DNA of 64,000 nucleotides from Escherichia coli (GTDB lineage Bacteria; Pseudomonadota; Gammaproteobacteria; Enterobacterales; Enterobacteriaceae): NCBI RefSeq assembly GCF_009931435.1, contig NZ_CP043414.1; one strand, 5' to 3'. Shown piece by piece: positions 63,613 to 64,000 of this stretch (position 1 is its first letter; each line of letters starts with the position of its first letter). The notes under the pieces were generated by a model. It saw only the letters and a program-made list of their open reading frames with translations, ran no database searches and was not told where the DNA came from. The position numbers and the translations under genes were made by a program.

Positions 63613-64000
63613 ACCACATTTCTGGAAAAGCGTATTGGGTAATGCAATGTTGTATAATATTATTTTATAGTTTCAATGAATTAATTCTCTCTCCCCCATC
63701 ATAAAAATCACAAAAAAACAGCATTAAACATATAATTACGGCAAATATATTTTCATTACCTATATTAACTTTTCTCTTTATAAGAGGTTTTTAATGATAA
63801 TGAACCAGTTTATTCTGGGTACTATGCCTCACTCCCGGTATTAGCACTGGATAGCGCTTAACTGGATTCTGTCAGGCTGGGACGGGGCAACAAGAGCATA
63901 CAACGACCAGTCCTTAACGCGTGATTATTAATTTCTACAGCGTATCATCATATTATTTAAATCTGCCCAACCTCACCAAATACATTCATAAAATGCATAA
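63613..64000. other. AT-rich non-coding region downstream of folK (no ORF of 60 aa or more before window edge)
   Basis: Visibly AT-rich with A/T tracts (TATAATATTATTTTATAG, ATATATTTTCATTACCTATATTAAC), in contrast to the flanking housekeeping genes; resembles a curved, H-NS-type regulatory region. Confidence 0.4.

Overview
This 64-kb window is a contiguous stretch of Escherichia coli core chromosome (strain not resolved), in the opposite orientation to K-12 MG1655 numbering. Gene order: 3' end of metN, metI-metQ-rcsF-trmO(yaeB)-proS-yaeF (+); nlpE-arfB-yaeQ (-); yaeP-rof (+); tilS-yaeR-ldcC-accA-dnaE-rnhB-lpxB-lpxA-fabZ-lpxD-skp-bamA-rseP-cdsA-uppS-dxr-frr-pyrH-tsf-rpsB (-); map-glnD-dapD-yaeH (+); cdaR-degP-dgt (-); mtn-btuF-yadS (+); erpA-clcA (-); hemL (+); fhuB-fhuD-fhuC-fhuA-mrcB-hrpB (-); thpR-sfsA-dksA-gluQ-pcnB-folK (+). 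I call 57 protein-coding genes (one partial), all apparently intact, plus REP/BIME and boxC-like repeats, intrinsic terminators, a sigma-E promoter and a Fur box. I found no rRNA, tRNA, CRISPR array, IS element, integrase, prophage or foreign gene cluster, and no convincing undescribed system: essentially every base is explained by known housekeeping genes. The observations worth a second look are modest and strain-level: yaeI appears absent between dapD and yaeH; the folK 3' end and the AT-rich sequence after it look divergent from K-12; the dksA terminator overlaps the annotated gluQ start; and a palindromic repeat in the rpsB-tsf spacer mimics a polylinker. Gene identities rest on my recognition of protein sequences and lengths, and all comparisons to K-12 are from recollection; no database search or alignment was run.
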